This document shows, piece after piece, positions 1 through 13,055 of a stretch of DNA of 64,000 nucleotides. This stretch comes from Octopus vulgaris. Lineage: Eukaryota. The notes under the pieces were generated by a model. That model was not told the DNA's origin and made no database searches. It was given only the letters and a program-made list of their open reading frames with translations. A program made the translations under genes and the position numbers. The stretch is from assembly GCA_951406725.2 (NCBI GenBank), contig OX597836.1:31310001-31374000 (forward strand), read 5' to 3'. Position 1 is the first letter of the stretch; every line of letters begins with the position of its first letter.

Positions 1-184
1 AGAGTATCTCTGTCAAATGTAATGCTTTTTCATTCACATTGTTTTTAACTAACCATCCATTATCTCATAGCTTTGAAATTTTGATGATGCGATAGTATAA
101 TTTGTTTGATAGGCTGGATGTAGCTGGTTCGAACATGAAACAAGTAGCATATTTGGGCTGGATATGCCTGGTTTAAATGCTTAA

Positions 185-405
185 CCCTTTAGTGTTCGCA
201 TTATTCTGCCAAAATTAATGCTTTTTCATCCTCATTGTTTTGAACTAATCATGCATTATCTTGTAGCTATGAGATTTTAATGAGGTACCTGTTAATTTCT
301 AGAACAATATTGTAGGGTTGGTGTGAGAGACCAGATCCAGTCAGTTTGAACATAAAATAGGCAGAATACTTTTGGCCGGATATGGCCGGTTTAAATGCTA
401 ACGGG
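185..405. mobile_element. piggyBac-type TTAA MITE family P1
   Basis: TTAA|CCCTTT...CGGG|TTAA, nested in the terminal TTAA of another P1 copy (1-412). Other P1 copies at ~34953-35400, ~42845-43053, 52619-52845, ~10140 and ~11048. Confidence 0.8.
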
Positions 406-3199
406 TTAAGGGTTAAGGCATGCGCACAGTCTGTTCAAAACACTTTAATCCTTTTGATACCAACCCAGCTGAAACCACCTCTGGCTATGTAGTACAAATG
501 TCTTGTTTTCATAAGTTCTGAATTAAAATTTTCCACCAAACCTTAGTCACAGTATATGTTTCTAACACTAGTTTATTGCTAACTAAGTTATTCTACCAAA
601 TTTTTTGTTATATTTAAAATCAATTGAAAGAAACACAGAGTATCTCAACAGAAATACGGTAACGAAAGGGTTAAAGATTCTGTCAATTTCCCCACCCTAT
701 TGATAATTCTTACTACTCAATGCACAAGGCCTGAAATTTTGAAGGAGAGAGAGCTAGTTGATAAGAATGATTCTTATTTTATCGACCCTGAAAAGATGAA
801 AGGCAGAGTTGACCTTGGCAGAATTTCAACTCAGAGCATGAAGATGGACAATATGCCAATAAGTATTTTGCTGGGCATGGTAACAATTTTGCCAGCTCAC
901 AATCTTATTTTCTAATACAGGCACAATTTTTTGTTGTATTTAAAATTAATTGAAAGAAACACAGAGTATCTCAACAGAAATATGCTAACAACAGGGTTAA
1001 GACCCATTATGTTTACCAGCCACAACATGAACCCTTTGCTTGCAACTTCTGCTCCCATTGCAACACCTGTACTTTGAATTAGAGTAAACCTAAGTCATTT
1101 TTCATTGCCATGGGCCATTTCACCTGCTTCTCCAAAAATGTGGCTTACTACATGAGAGGAAACAAGTCAGAGGTTGACTGATCAGAGTGGAGAACATTTG
1201 TTAGATGACTGATGCAGTCAAGGCTGTGTCCCTACAACTTCAATCCTAAGATTTACTTGTGATGTGGCTCAGTGGTTAGGGTATTTGGCTCACGATCTTA
1301 AGGTCATGAGTTCAATTCCTGGCGGTGTGTTGTGTTATTGAGCAAGACATTTTATTTGAAGTTCCTACACTCTACTCAGCTAGCAAAATTAACCTGTACC
1401 TGTAAGTCAAAGAGCTAGCCTTGTCACATTCTGTACCATGTTGAATAACCCCGAGAACTACATTAAGGGTAGGTATGTTTGTAGAGTGCCTGGCCACTTC
1501 CACATTAATTTCACAAACAGGTTGCTCCATCGATCGGATCAACTGGAACCCTTGTCATCATAATCAACAGTGGTTGGTGTTAGGAAGGGCATCCAGCTGC
1601 AAGAACCATGCCATAACAGACAGTGGAGTTTGATGTAGTCCTCTGGCTTGCCAGCTCCTGACAAACCATCAAACCCATGCTAGCATGGAAGACAGACATT
1701 AAATAATGATGATGATGATGACACCCAACGAAAAATTACCTTGAATTTTTTTTATTAGAGTGGCCCACCTGATGATGAGCCATGTCTCATATGGCTCACT
1801 TCTTGAAAAAGATTGACCATACCAGATTTAGACTGTCAATTTAATCTTCCCTTCTTCCACAGCAATATCAAATTGACTGTATTCTTGTTTCTTTTCATTT
1901 TTTTTTTTTTGGTGGGGGAGAGGTGCTCGTTTGTTTTCGTGCCCTACTCAGAATTTATTTAACATTACCATTCTGTTATGGACTTAATCTGGATTACCAA
2001 TGGATTTGTCTTGTTATCAATGAAGTCAATTGGTTTTAGTGGAGAGAGGAAAGAGAGAGAGAGAGAGAGAGGTAAACAGAAGGGAGGAGAGAGAAAAAGA
2101 AAGTATGAGATAGTGTGTGTGGGGTTAAACAAACTACTTCGTACTGCTGAAATAATAGTAGTAGTAGGAGTAGTAGCAGCAGCAGTAGTAGTAGTAGTAG
2201 CAGTAGTAGTAAAGTACTGGCAGAGTAGAAGACCTAATTAGAAGTTACCTCATTAATAGGAAATTACTTACTAATTGCATCACCACTATCATCATCATTA
2301 GTAACAGGTAGCCTGTTTCTTTCATGGACAGGTGGAAAGTGATAAAGATGGAAGGTGGGGGTACAAGGAAAAGTTAAGCACCAAGTGATACAACTGGAAG
2401 ATTTCAATGTAAAACAAGAACAACTGCAACCTGGGTATAGTCATTGCTTATTAAGGGTCAGGTTAAAAAGTCAGCTTAATCCTATTGATAGCAATCCATC
2501 TGAGAGCTCTGATTCCAACTTACAAAACCTTCCCTAGAGAGTGGGCCATGGTGCCCCATATATGACCAGGTAGTATTATTAAGTTAGACATGGCCTGGGC
2601 CTATACTGGCTGAAACCTTATCAAACCTTAATTATAAAAATATTACAGGATTGTTTTAAACATCAAATGGCTATGAGGGTCCACCCGAGTAAAATAGGAA
2701 TTAAAGGGGTCCACAGATAAAAAAAAAAATGGTTGGGAAACACTGGTTTAAAGGATCCATGTTCAAATTAAAACCTACCATCATAATTTTATGAAAGAAC
2801 CTTTTTGTTAAATAATGCTGCAAATTCTAGCTTAATACAGACATGGGCATGGCTGTGTGGTAAGAAGTCTGCTTCCCAATCAGATGGTTCTGTGTTCAGT
2901 CCCACTGCATGGCACTTTGGGTAGGTGTTTCCTATTATAATCCGGGGCCAACCAAAGCCATGTTAGTGGATTTTGTAGACAGAAACTGAAAGAGGTCTGT
3001 CATATTTGTTGTTCCTACACCTGTCTTCGTCTTTTGTTTTTCTATAGATTTCAACTATATATGTGTAATCCCACCCATCCATACCACTTGACAAACCAGT
3101 GCTGATGTGTTGATGCCACTGTAACTTAGTGGTTCAGCAAAAGAGAGCAACAGAATAAGTACCAGGCTTTAAAAAATAAGTTCAAGCTGCTACACTCAC

Positions 3200-3275
3200 G
3201 AAGGAATGACTCGTATCGATGACCTCCTCCTACATCCAAATCTCCATCAGATGACTGGTTGGTCTCACCCTCCAT
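3200..3275 (-). CDS. Candidate internal alternative first exon
   Basis: ATG at 3275 gives MEGETNQSSDGDLDVGGGHRYESFL plus 1 nt, then donor GTGAGT (3199-3194). Upstream (3280-3500) is unique, relatively CpG-containing, UTR-like sequence. No homology recognised. Confidence 0.3.
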
Positions 3276-3516
3276 TTAACATTTCCACCAGCTCAGACCT
3301 CATTTTAGAAATGTCACAAATAAACAAAATAAAAAGACGAAGGCGAGGGTGGCAAGGAGGGAAGAGTAGAGTGGAGTGTGTGTTAATCAGCCGAAATTGT
3401 GAAGATGATCCGATTCTTGACTGATGATTGAGGGCTTCGAATGTCCCGTCTGTGTTTTTTGTGTTGTCTTCTAAATGTTTCACGTTCTTGTCCCGTTTGT
3501 ATATTTTTTTACTTTT

Positions 3517-3517
<1 letters not shown>

Positions 3518-3576
<59 letters not shown>
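3518..3576. repeat. (CA)n(TA)n microsatellite
   Basis: Read directly. Confidence 0.95.
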
Positions 3577-3579
<3 letters not shown>

Positions 3580-4330
3580 GAATATATTAAGCTCTAGGAA
3601 GAACTCTTCTATTCTACAGGGAAGACAGGCAGGTAGGTAGAATTAGAGACAGAGAAAAGGACAAAAGGCAGGTAGGCAGAGAGAAGGGTGAGGGAAGAGA
3701 AAGAGGGGGGAGGAGAGAAATAGGGGGAAGAGAGAAAGAGGGGGAAGAGATTAAGAGTGAAAAAGAGAAAATAAAGGTGGTGATGCCTAAAACAGCTGAG
3801 ATAACATTAAAGGTGGATGAAAACTGAATATCTACCTGTACGTATATACACACACACAACAGAAGATAAAAGAAAAGGGTAGAAAAAGATGAACACATCT
3901 CCATAAACTGAACTCTACTATAAGCTACTTAATACCCTCCTAGTCTATAAACCCTCAAATATAAACACCCTTTATATACACCCTCTCTCCTAGTTTATTA
4001 TATACCCTTGCATAAATACAGGAAATCTTATTTATTATTAAAACGCAACATTCAAATAAATGTAATTAAATGTATGGAAAAAAATGTAATTACATTTACT
4101 GTGAAAATATGAACATAATAAATATATTAAACTAAGAAATAAAACTGACCCTTTTTTTAATTATATAATTATGTATTTAATGAATGAAATATAATACTAT
4201 GTAATCAATCAAAAATATATTTCTTAGGCAAAAATAGTTCAAACTTCATCTGGAAGGCAGCAATTAAGGATTGCAAAGGCTACATGTGAACTTTAGGCTC
4301 TATCTAGGTTTCCCACTTCTGTCTAATACT

Positions 4331-4564
4331 TATTTCTTTACTACCCACAAGGGGCTAAACACAGAGGGGACAAACAAGGACAAACAAACGGATTAAGTCG
4401 ATTATATCGACCTCAGTGTGTAACTGGTACTTATTTAATCGACCCCGAAAGGATGAAAGGCAAAGTCGACCTCGGCGGAATTTGAACTCAGAATGTAACG
4501 TCAGACGAAATACGACTACGCATTTCACCCGGCGTGCTAACGTTTCTGCCAGCGTGCCGCCTTA
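4331..4564 (-). mobile_element. tRNA-derived SINE family S1 (~235 bp), solo full-length copy
   Basis: Head GGCGGC..CTGGCAGAAACGTTAG with B-box GAGTTCAAATTCC, central GCCTTTCATCCTTTCGGGGTCGAT..AAGTACCAG and tail GTAGTAAAGAAATA. 16-bp TSD ACTTCTGTCTAATACT at 4315-4330 and 4565-4580. Confidence 0.9.
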
Positions 4565-4781
4565 ACTTCTGTCTAATACTATCCTCTCTCTTTCCCTCTC
4601 TGTGTGTGTGTGTGTGTGCGTATGTATATGCATGTACACACATGCGTGCGCACGTGCATTGCTTTACTTGTAAATAGATAAGGGTTGTCGACAGGAAGGG
4701 CATCAGGCCATAGAAGATCAGCCTCAATAACTTCCGTCCAACCCTTGCAAGCATGGAAAATTACATTTTAAGATGATGATG

Positions 4782-4787
4782 GAGAGA

Positions 4788-4839
<52 letters not shown>

Positions 4840-4848
4840 GAGAGAGAG
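4782..4848. repeat. (GA)n microsatellite
   Basis: Read directly. Confidence 0.95.
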
Positions 4849-5569
4849 AAATGGGAAGTTTAACCAGCAGTACAATAACAATGACCACCAGTCTTCTAAG
4901 TGGGGAACACACAAATACACAATATATCCAGTGTATTCCTGTTTGAGAAACTGACAGCATGTCAGGGAAACTTCAAACTCTGTACAGAACCAGAGAGAAT
5001 TAAATGACAATACAACACCCACTACATTAGTTACTGTCAATATAAATTCTTCCTATCAACAGACCAACCACTGTTTGTTTTTTGTTTTGTTTTTGCTTTA
5101 ATTTTCTTATAACAATCAACTTATTAAAGATGATGATGAGCTCGCCCACACATTGGTTTATATTCAACAGGACAGTGGATGAAAGAGTCAGTGATCAAGC
5201 CTTCATCAGGGGATAATTTTTTTATTTTTTATTTTATTTTATTTAGTTTCAGCTCACAAGCTGTGGCCATGCTGGGGCACTGCCATAAATAATACTTTCT
5301 TTCAAATTTTAGCACAAGGCCTGAAATTTTGAGGGGGCAGGATGGAAGTCAATTACATTGAGAAGTACATGACTGGTACTTATTTTATTGACCCTTAAAG
5401 GACAAAAGGCTAAGTTGGCCTCGGCAGCATTTGAACTCAGAACGTTAAGCCAGAAGAAATACTACTAAACATTTTGTCTGGCATGCTAATAGTTCTGCAG
5501 GCTTGGCATCTTTCTGGGAATAAATTATAATAACAGTACCAGTTAACAAGGGAGACCACACATAATCCG

Positions 5570-5745
5570 ACATGCTAGAAATAGCAGCTATATCTCCATC
5601 AAATCGCACAGAATCTTAAAAAAAGGAAGATCATTAGGTAATCTAAGAGACACATATATGAAGAAAAGACAGAATCTTTCTCAGCTGAAATACTTTTGAT
5701 CATGGTTACTAGGTCAAACTGATCTGGGGCTAAACAACAGCAAGG
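5570..5745 (+). repeat. Old, highly dispersed repeat family (CTAGAAATAGCAGCCAAATCTCC...CTGGGGCTAAACAACA)
   Basis: Diverged copies at ~15870, 17390-17505, 21855-22030, 31520-31700, 34370-34570, 37395-37555, 38620-38790, 39945-40270 and 50990-51175. Confidence 0.6.
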
Positions 5746-7967
5746 AAGAACCTGTTAGATAATACAGTCCATGATATATTGTATTTGATTAAAAGACTAG
5801 GCAGTTGTGTTTGGTACACTTCTGAGTCATAAATATGACAGATTAGAGCTGATCTGGAACTAAATCCCAACAATAACAACAAAAGGAGACATTAGCTAAT
5901 GTAGTCTTTAGGTCAGTGGTTCTCAACCAGGGTCCGTATAAAATTTTGGCGGGGTTTACACAAAATAGTAAATAGGGGATCCACAATATTTTTTGAATGG
6001 TCCTTTAGATGTATGTATTGGTATATTTTGCAAGAAACAGCCAGGTTTCTGCCTCTAACATTTTACATAATTCCACCTATACAAGTTAATGAATGTGTGA
6101 ACAACAAAGAATGAAAAAAAAAAAAAAGGATCTAAAAAACTAGTTTTTAACTATTAAACAACTACAGAATAAAATAGTAATTAAAAGGGGGTCTGTAGAT
6201 AAAAAATGGTTGAGAACCCATCTTAGATAATGACAAGTCACAGAATGGATTTGATTTCCAGGACCATGGCTGTTTGAAAGAGATGTCAAAAACATGACCA
6301 CCTACCTACTATATATTTACAACTGGTACCAAATAAAAAAAAAAAATTTTTTTATTTGAGTGAGTGTGGCCTAGAAGTTAGGGTGTTGCACTCATGGTTG
6401 CCAGATCCGGTGTTCAATTCCTGGACTGGGTGGTGCGTTGTGTTCTTGAGCAAAACACTTCATCTTGCTCTGGAATCACTTCAATATCAGTCTGACATGT
6501 CGCAGAGGTGCTCAGCAATAAAATTGCAGAACTGTTTTACTTGAACTCAAGAGACTACTATCAGTTTAAGTGAATTCTATTCGACTTGATAGCTAACAGT
6601 GTAACAATGTTGGCGCCTATAAAGGAGGAGCTCAGTACGTAATTTGAGGTCAGAAATAGGAGAACAGAGGTCATGTAATAGCTATCTCTTTAATTGAAAC
6701 TTAATTGTCAACAACAATTTATACATGTAGTTGTGTCTACATAGAAAGACGAGTACTGTGGACAGGCCTGCAATATACTCTGAACACTTTTTGTTGTTTT
6801 TCTGGCAAGCTGCAAATTTATCCGTTTGTGTGACTAATAAACTTAATTAGTAGTGAACAACCGTTTGAGCAATTTTTATACTAATGAGAAAATCCAATGT
6901 CTAAATGAGGAAACAATTTCAAAAAAGGGTCAAAATTTTACTGGGTCAATTTTTTTTTCTTTTTTAGTTATTTGCATGTCTTTTTTTAAAATTTTAATTA
7001 TTATTTTATATAGGTTTACATTGTCCACTTAACTGTAGATGAGTAACTCTTTGATGGATTAGCATCCCATTCAGAAGAAATATAGACCTGCCCACCCAGC
7101 CTGTGGATTGGCATCATTTGAAAACTACAACACAAGGAAGTGCACAGTGGGCCAAGTGTATAACAGTGGTTCTCACCATTTTTGTTTATGGACCCATTTA
7201 ATTCCTATTTTACTTTCCTGGACCTCCATAGTCAATTCAATATATACATTTAAAAAATCCACTCTTCTACTTGTTCCAGTCATCTGACTGCGACCATACT
7301 GGAGCACCACCTTAAAGGGTTTTAAATTGAAGAAATCAACCTCAGGACTTATTGTAGTGTTTATTCTATCGGTCATTTTTGCTGAATCAGTTGCCAAGAG
7401 ATGGCAGGGGACACACACACACAAATATATACATATACAATGGGCTTCTTTCCGTTTCCATCTATCAAATCCATTCACAAGGCTTTGGTCAACCTCAGGC
7501 TAGAGTAGCAGACACTTGCCCAAGGTGTCACACAGTGGGACTGAACCTGGAACCATGTGGTTGGGAAGTGAGCTTCTTACCACAGTCATGCCTGTGCTAT
7601 TATTAGGAATTGTATAAAATAATTTTAAACATTTTGTGCATTGAAGAAATATAACCAATTTATTACAGATAAATTTTAACAACAAAAATCTTATATGCCC
7701 CCTCACACACCAAGGATCATATGGCTCGCAGTTGAGGGTGATGGAATCAGCTTACACATTCAATTGTGAAGATGTTGTTTAGTCCCAGATCAGCTCTGAC
7801 AGAACAAATTCAGGATCAAAAGGTGTTCCAACCACAACTACCCCTTCTTTTAATCAGGGCCATAATGTGTTCTACTCATATTAAAATGGTAGAGTGTGAT
7901 CTAAGGGTGACTGCTCTCCAATGCATAATAGTGGACTTATTTTTCTTGCTAGGTTTAAAAGCATCAC

Positions 7968-8067
7968 CTTGTTTCTGGGTTCTTTTGGCAGGGTTCACTT
8001 CACATGCGTTCAGACCTGATCTTTGATCTGAAGACTTCTTCCCTTCCCGACATCGGTCTCGGAAATC
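7968..8067 (-). CDS. Possible cassette exon (weak; boundaries approximate)
   Basis: Acceptor-like ggttttcAG followed by a phase-0 open frame DFRDRCREGKKSSDQRSGLNACEVNPAKRTQKQ, and a weak donor-like CAAG|GTGATG. The other two frames are closed. It does not resemble cytohesin exon 3. Confidence 0.15.
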
Positions 8068-10039
8068 CTGAAAACCATAACAAACACCACCCTTCTTCCT
8101 ATAAAAAGGACACTTTGAATAATGTAGTCCTAGATGCACAATGTCTGAATAAAAGACGAGGCAGTCACAGCTGAAATACTTTTGATTGTAAGTTCTACTG
8201 GATTGGGGCTCACCAACAAGGAAGCTAAACAACAAAGAAGGACACAGACAATATAGCCAGAAGACTTGATAGCCATGGCTGGAACACTTTTGAACTCAGG
8301 CCTATGGTTAAACAACAGCAACATTTCAATGCCCTTAGTAATTTTTATGTATGTTTTAATAACATACATAACTAAATTATTAATCATGGTTTGATGTAAT
8401 TACTTCAGATAGAAAAATAACCTACATTTTTTGTATTCCTATCCTTAGTTAATTATTTATCCAAACAATAAAGCAATAACACAAACTTCTAATAAACTAT
8501 AAACAAACTAACCAAATTAACTATTCATACTATGCCACAATGACTTTTTTCCAAACTCAAATTGAAGGAAGGGTCTCTATTGAAGTGAGAGCAAATAATA
8601 ATAAATTTTTCTACTATAGCGACAAAGCATGAAATTTTGAGTGGGCAGGGGCCTAGTTAATTACGTTGATCCCCGTGCTCAACTAGTGCTTATTTTATTG
8701 AGACCTAAGGGACGAAAGGTAAAGTTGATTGAAGCAGCATTTGAACATCATCATCGTTTAACATGTTTTCCATGTTGGCATGGGTGAGATGGTTTGACTG
8801 AAGACTGGCAAGCCAGTAGGCTGCACCAAGCTCCAATCTGATCTGGCAAGGTTTCTATAGCGGGATGCCCTTCCTAACGCTTCTTACCACACAGCCACTC
8901 CTGCGCCTACCCCAGTACTTTTTTAAAATAAAAATAAAAAAAAAGAAAGAATGGTACTTATTCAGTCTCTTTTGCTAAACTGCAAATTTATAGAGACATA
9001 AACAATCCAATACCAGTTGTCAAGCGGCGTGTGTGTGTGTGTGTGGGGGGGGGCAAACACAAAGGTACACACATTCACAAACTGACTTCCAAATTCATTC
9101 CCAAGGCATTAATCCACCAAGGGCTTTAGCAGAAGACACTTGCCCAAAGTGCTGCACAGTAGGGTTGAACCTGAAACCATGCGGTTGCAAAGCAAGGTTC
9201 TTGACCACACAGAATCTCACTGCTTTTGCAACATGGGAATAATATAACAGTCTTATATATAGAAAATTTAATTCTATTTCCTTGATGTATTAAATTAAGA
9301 AAGGAGCCTATATGTGACCCAATGTGTTATCTGACCTACTGATGTGTAATGAGGATGAAAAATTGGTGGCAGCTTTCCAGGCTATAGTCAATTACATTGT
9401 TTAGTAACAGTCCAGAATACCATGGCATCATATGTGCAATTAATTTATACGGTAATTGCCCAGGCTATTTCCAGTTGGTTCCAGTTGTAAGTATATATAT
9501 ATATGTGTGTGTGTGTGTACTAATTAATAGTAACATTATATTCTTCTAGAAAAACTACTTATAACACAAACAATTTTACAGGTCACTTCCACCCAAATCA
9601 ACTGGGATGTTTTGGTACATGACTATCTCTTCGGTTCTTGTGGAGCTGCTATTTCATCTTCCTCAATGCTACACTCGATCAAACAGAAAGTAATGCAAAA
9701 GCAGACATAACTTTATTTATTTACGGAGATGACCAGTCCACGGTTGCCCTGTAAGGAGCATAGGGCTGGTTTTCCTAGTTTCTCTGGTGCATATTATTCC
9801 CTGGATGGGACACCGGTCTGGCACATGATGACTCCTTTTTGCCAGTGGAGTGGACTGGAGCAATGTGAAATGAAACATTTTTCTCAAGAACACAACGCAT
9901 TGCCCAGTCCAGGAATCGAAACCACAATCTTACAACAGGAGCCCAACACCCTAACCACTAAACCATGAGCATAAGTTGTTCAAATTGTGCGTGTTAGTAG
10001 AGTAACTATTCTTCCTCATCAGTGTAAGTAAATAATTGG

Positions 10040-10850
10040 TTACAAGCAGAAGTGATACGTCATCAAGGAGGCTAGAGATTGATTATGGAGATGATGCTAT
10101 AAACAAGAGCAAATTGCACAGCTGGATGAAGATGTTTAACCCTTTAATATTTAAACTGGTTATATCTTACTCAAATACTCTACCTGATTTATGTTTCAAC
10201 TAGCCAGATCTGACTCCTCACACCTACCCTACATTGTAGTTCTAAAAGTAATCAATTACATCATCAAAACCTCGAAGCTATGGGATACTCTTTTACTTGT
10301 TTCAGTCATTTGACATTGGCCATGCTGGAGCACCACCTTTAGTCGAGCAACTCGACCCCAGGACTTATTCTTAGTAAGCCTAGTACTTATTCTATCGATC
10401 TCTTTTGCCAAACCACTAAGTTGCGAGGACAGACAAAAAGATTAAGTCGATTATATCGACCCCAGTCGTAACTGGTACTTAATTTATCGACCCCGAAAGG
10501 TTGAAAGGCAAAGTCGACCTTGGCGGAATTTGAACTCAGAACGTAACAGCAGACGGAATGTGGCTACGCATTTCGCCCGGCGTGCTAACGATTCTCCCAG
10601 CTTGCCACCTCAGAAATCACGCTTCAATCTGGTGTCACACTTCTCCAAAGCTTATGAAGTTCAAGGGCTTGTGACAGGAAAAAAAACAACAACAAAAAAA
10701 AACAATGTTATGGTGACTGACTTGGTTCGGGTGGGGGATAATTAAGTGAGTCATCTTCCTTGATTTTCTAGAACATACCATGACCAAGAAGCAGCCCACT
10801 GAAGCACTTAAAAGCTTAGAGAAGCTATAAAGAGGAAGAGAGCAAACAGG
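10040..10850 (+). pseudogene. Decayed mariner transposase fragments interrupted by a MITE and SINEs
   Basis: HTH-like DYGDDAINKSKLHSWMKMF at 10081-10137, IFLDFLE at ~10763 and LREAIKRKR at ~10814. Confidence 0.5.
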
Positions 10851-12070
10851 AATCTGAAGTGTTTTTACAGTTGGATAAATTACTTATCAGGAAGCAACAA
10901 CTCAACCATGAAGTGTGACTCACTTGTCACATATTTGATGTGATGAGATAATGCTACAGCTGTTTTGTTTTTGTTTTTTTTTTCTTAAAGCTCCAGATCA
11001 CTCTTGATCAAGTAGAATTATGATTAAAGACATTCAAGCCTTTATTAACCTTTTAGCATTCAGATTTCTTTGTCAAATGCATTGCTTATTAATTCACATT
11101 GTTTTGAATTAATCATGCCTTGTCTCATAGTGTTAAGATTCCAATGGTGTGTTTGTGTATTTTGAAAATGACATTGTAGGGTAGGTGTGAAAGGTTGGAT
11201 CAGATCAGTTTGAACATAAAACATAAAATAGATTGACATTCATGTCAACACCAACCTCTCTCTCTCTCTCTTTTTTTTAATTCTCAAACATAATGTATCT
11301 TGGTATATATTAGCTAATATGTTCTGATATTTTAAAAACATTTGGATGAGATCTAAGAGAGATTTGATTTGCTATCTTAGAATGTCAAGTGATCACACAA
11401 GAGACTTCTTTATTAGCTCACACATGATGAGACACTGTATACTTGTTCATGCTGACATGTTTTTCCATGCCACCATGGGTCAGATGTTACTGAGGTACTA
11501 TTTACAGCTAAATGCTCTTCCAGTCACTAATCCTTACCTGTTTTTCAAATAAGGTATGTTTCATTTCACAAGCAAGTTTGTTGACAGAAGTGACATCATC
11601 ACTCAAATACTGTAACTTTTAGAGAAGCAAGTACAAATGTGAATACACACACACACACTCTCTCTCTCTCTCTCATTCAAAATCTACTCACAAGGCTTTG
11701 GTTGGCCCAGCACCACAGAAGACACTTGCCTAAGATGCTATGAAGTGGATTTAAACCTGAAACTTACATGGGTGAGAAATTCATGCATTAGAGATACCAG
11801 CAATGGGAAATCACTCATACGGAGTGTGAAGTAGTCTCACCAGAGGATGACCTCTAACATAGCCTTCACTTCTCTCTCCACACACACACACACCATACAA
11901 ACAACAGTTATCAGGTTGACAGAAAGAGAATGGTGAGAAAGGCATAAAATGCAAAGGAGAGTGAGTGAGAGAGAGAGAGTGTGTAAAAAGGAGAGAGACT
12001 GTAGAGAGAGAGAGAAAGTGTGCTTGTGAAAAGGAGAGAGAGAGAGAGAGTATGTTTGTACTTCACCAAC

Positions 12071-12144
12071 CTTGATGTCCAGCTCAAGCTGCTGCTTCCG
12101 TCCTCTTATGGTCATCAAGAGTTGCTGTTCATCCTCAGTCAAGT
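12071..12144 (-). CDS. CYTH: Internal coding exon of a cytohesin-like ARF-GEF (N-terminal coiled-coil exon)
   Basis: Minus strand: polypyrimidine tract tctttttcttcttttaatttccAG, a 74-nt exon and donor GTTGGT. It starts in phase 1, ends in phase 0 and reads xLTEDEQQLLMTIRGRKQQLELDIK. This resembles, from memory, cytohesin exon 2 (DLTAEERQELENIRRRKQELLADIQ) in sequence and intron phases. No Sec7 or PH exon was seen in the window. Confidence 0.72.
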
Positions 12145-12404
12145 CTGGAAATTAAAAGAAGAAAAAGACATAATAAGCTAAAGTTAAGGCAGTTCGGGAC
12201 AAATTCCTCATAGACAACAAATACCTATCTGTCTATCTCTATTACACATATAATAAGGCAATGTAAGGTTAATTCCCGGAGAACACAAGGTTACATAGAA
12301 CATAGAAAAATGGACACAAAACATGATGGTTTGACCATACAAACAAAGAATAACAGAAGCTGGAATCTTCAGCCAACTTTTGATTTGAGGTGTACAAACT
12401 TATG

Positions 12405-12808
12405 GGATCTTTTCGGTTTGAACGGCAGTTTTTTAAAATAATTTCCACGTAACTAAACACTTTTAAACTTCGTATACTGGTAGAATGTGTTTAGAAAACA
12501 TCTTTTTCTCTTGGCTTTATTGAGAAAATTCTATAGTTTGTAAGATATTTGTTGCTTTTTTTCTTCAATTTCTGCAATTTCAACCAATCACTGACGTCTA
12601 TTGAGGTGAAAACATTCTGTGCCGTATGAATATGTCCCTCATTTAAGAAACAGGTTGGGTTTATTTACATTTCTGAAGAAAAAAAGATACCCTTCCCCCT
12701 AACCCTAAAACAGATTGAAATGCAATAGATCGATACTAGGGTCATAATTATGGGTGACAATTTCATATGACACCGCTAGAAAAACTGCCGGTCAAACCGA
12801 AATGATCC
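12405..12808. mobile_element. MITE with GGATC terminal inverted repeats (TIRs) and 8-bp TSD (Merlin-like)
   Basis: TIRs GGATCTTTTCGGTTTGAACGGCAGTTTTT / AAAAACTGCCGGTCAAACCGAAATGATCC. TSD AACTTATG at 12397-12404 and 12809-12816. Confidence 0.88.
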
Positions 12809-13021
12809 AACTTATGTTCTACCACCAGAGTCCTATTCATCTGTTCCTTACCATTAATGTGTGTATGCATTATCACTGACATGTTTACACACACACACAC
12901 AAGTACTTATATAAGTACTTTTCGTAGTTTAATTCCTCTACAAGGTTTATAGAGGTGGTGGGGGTATAGGGCAAAGAGTACATGGCATTTTGCACTTTCG
13001 TCATCATTTCATTAAAACCAT

Positions 13022-13055
<34 letters not shown>

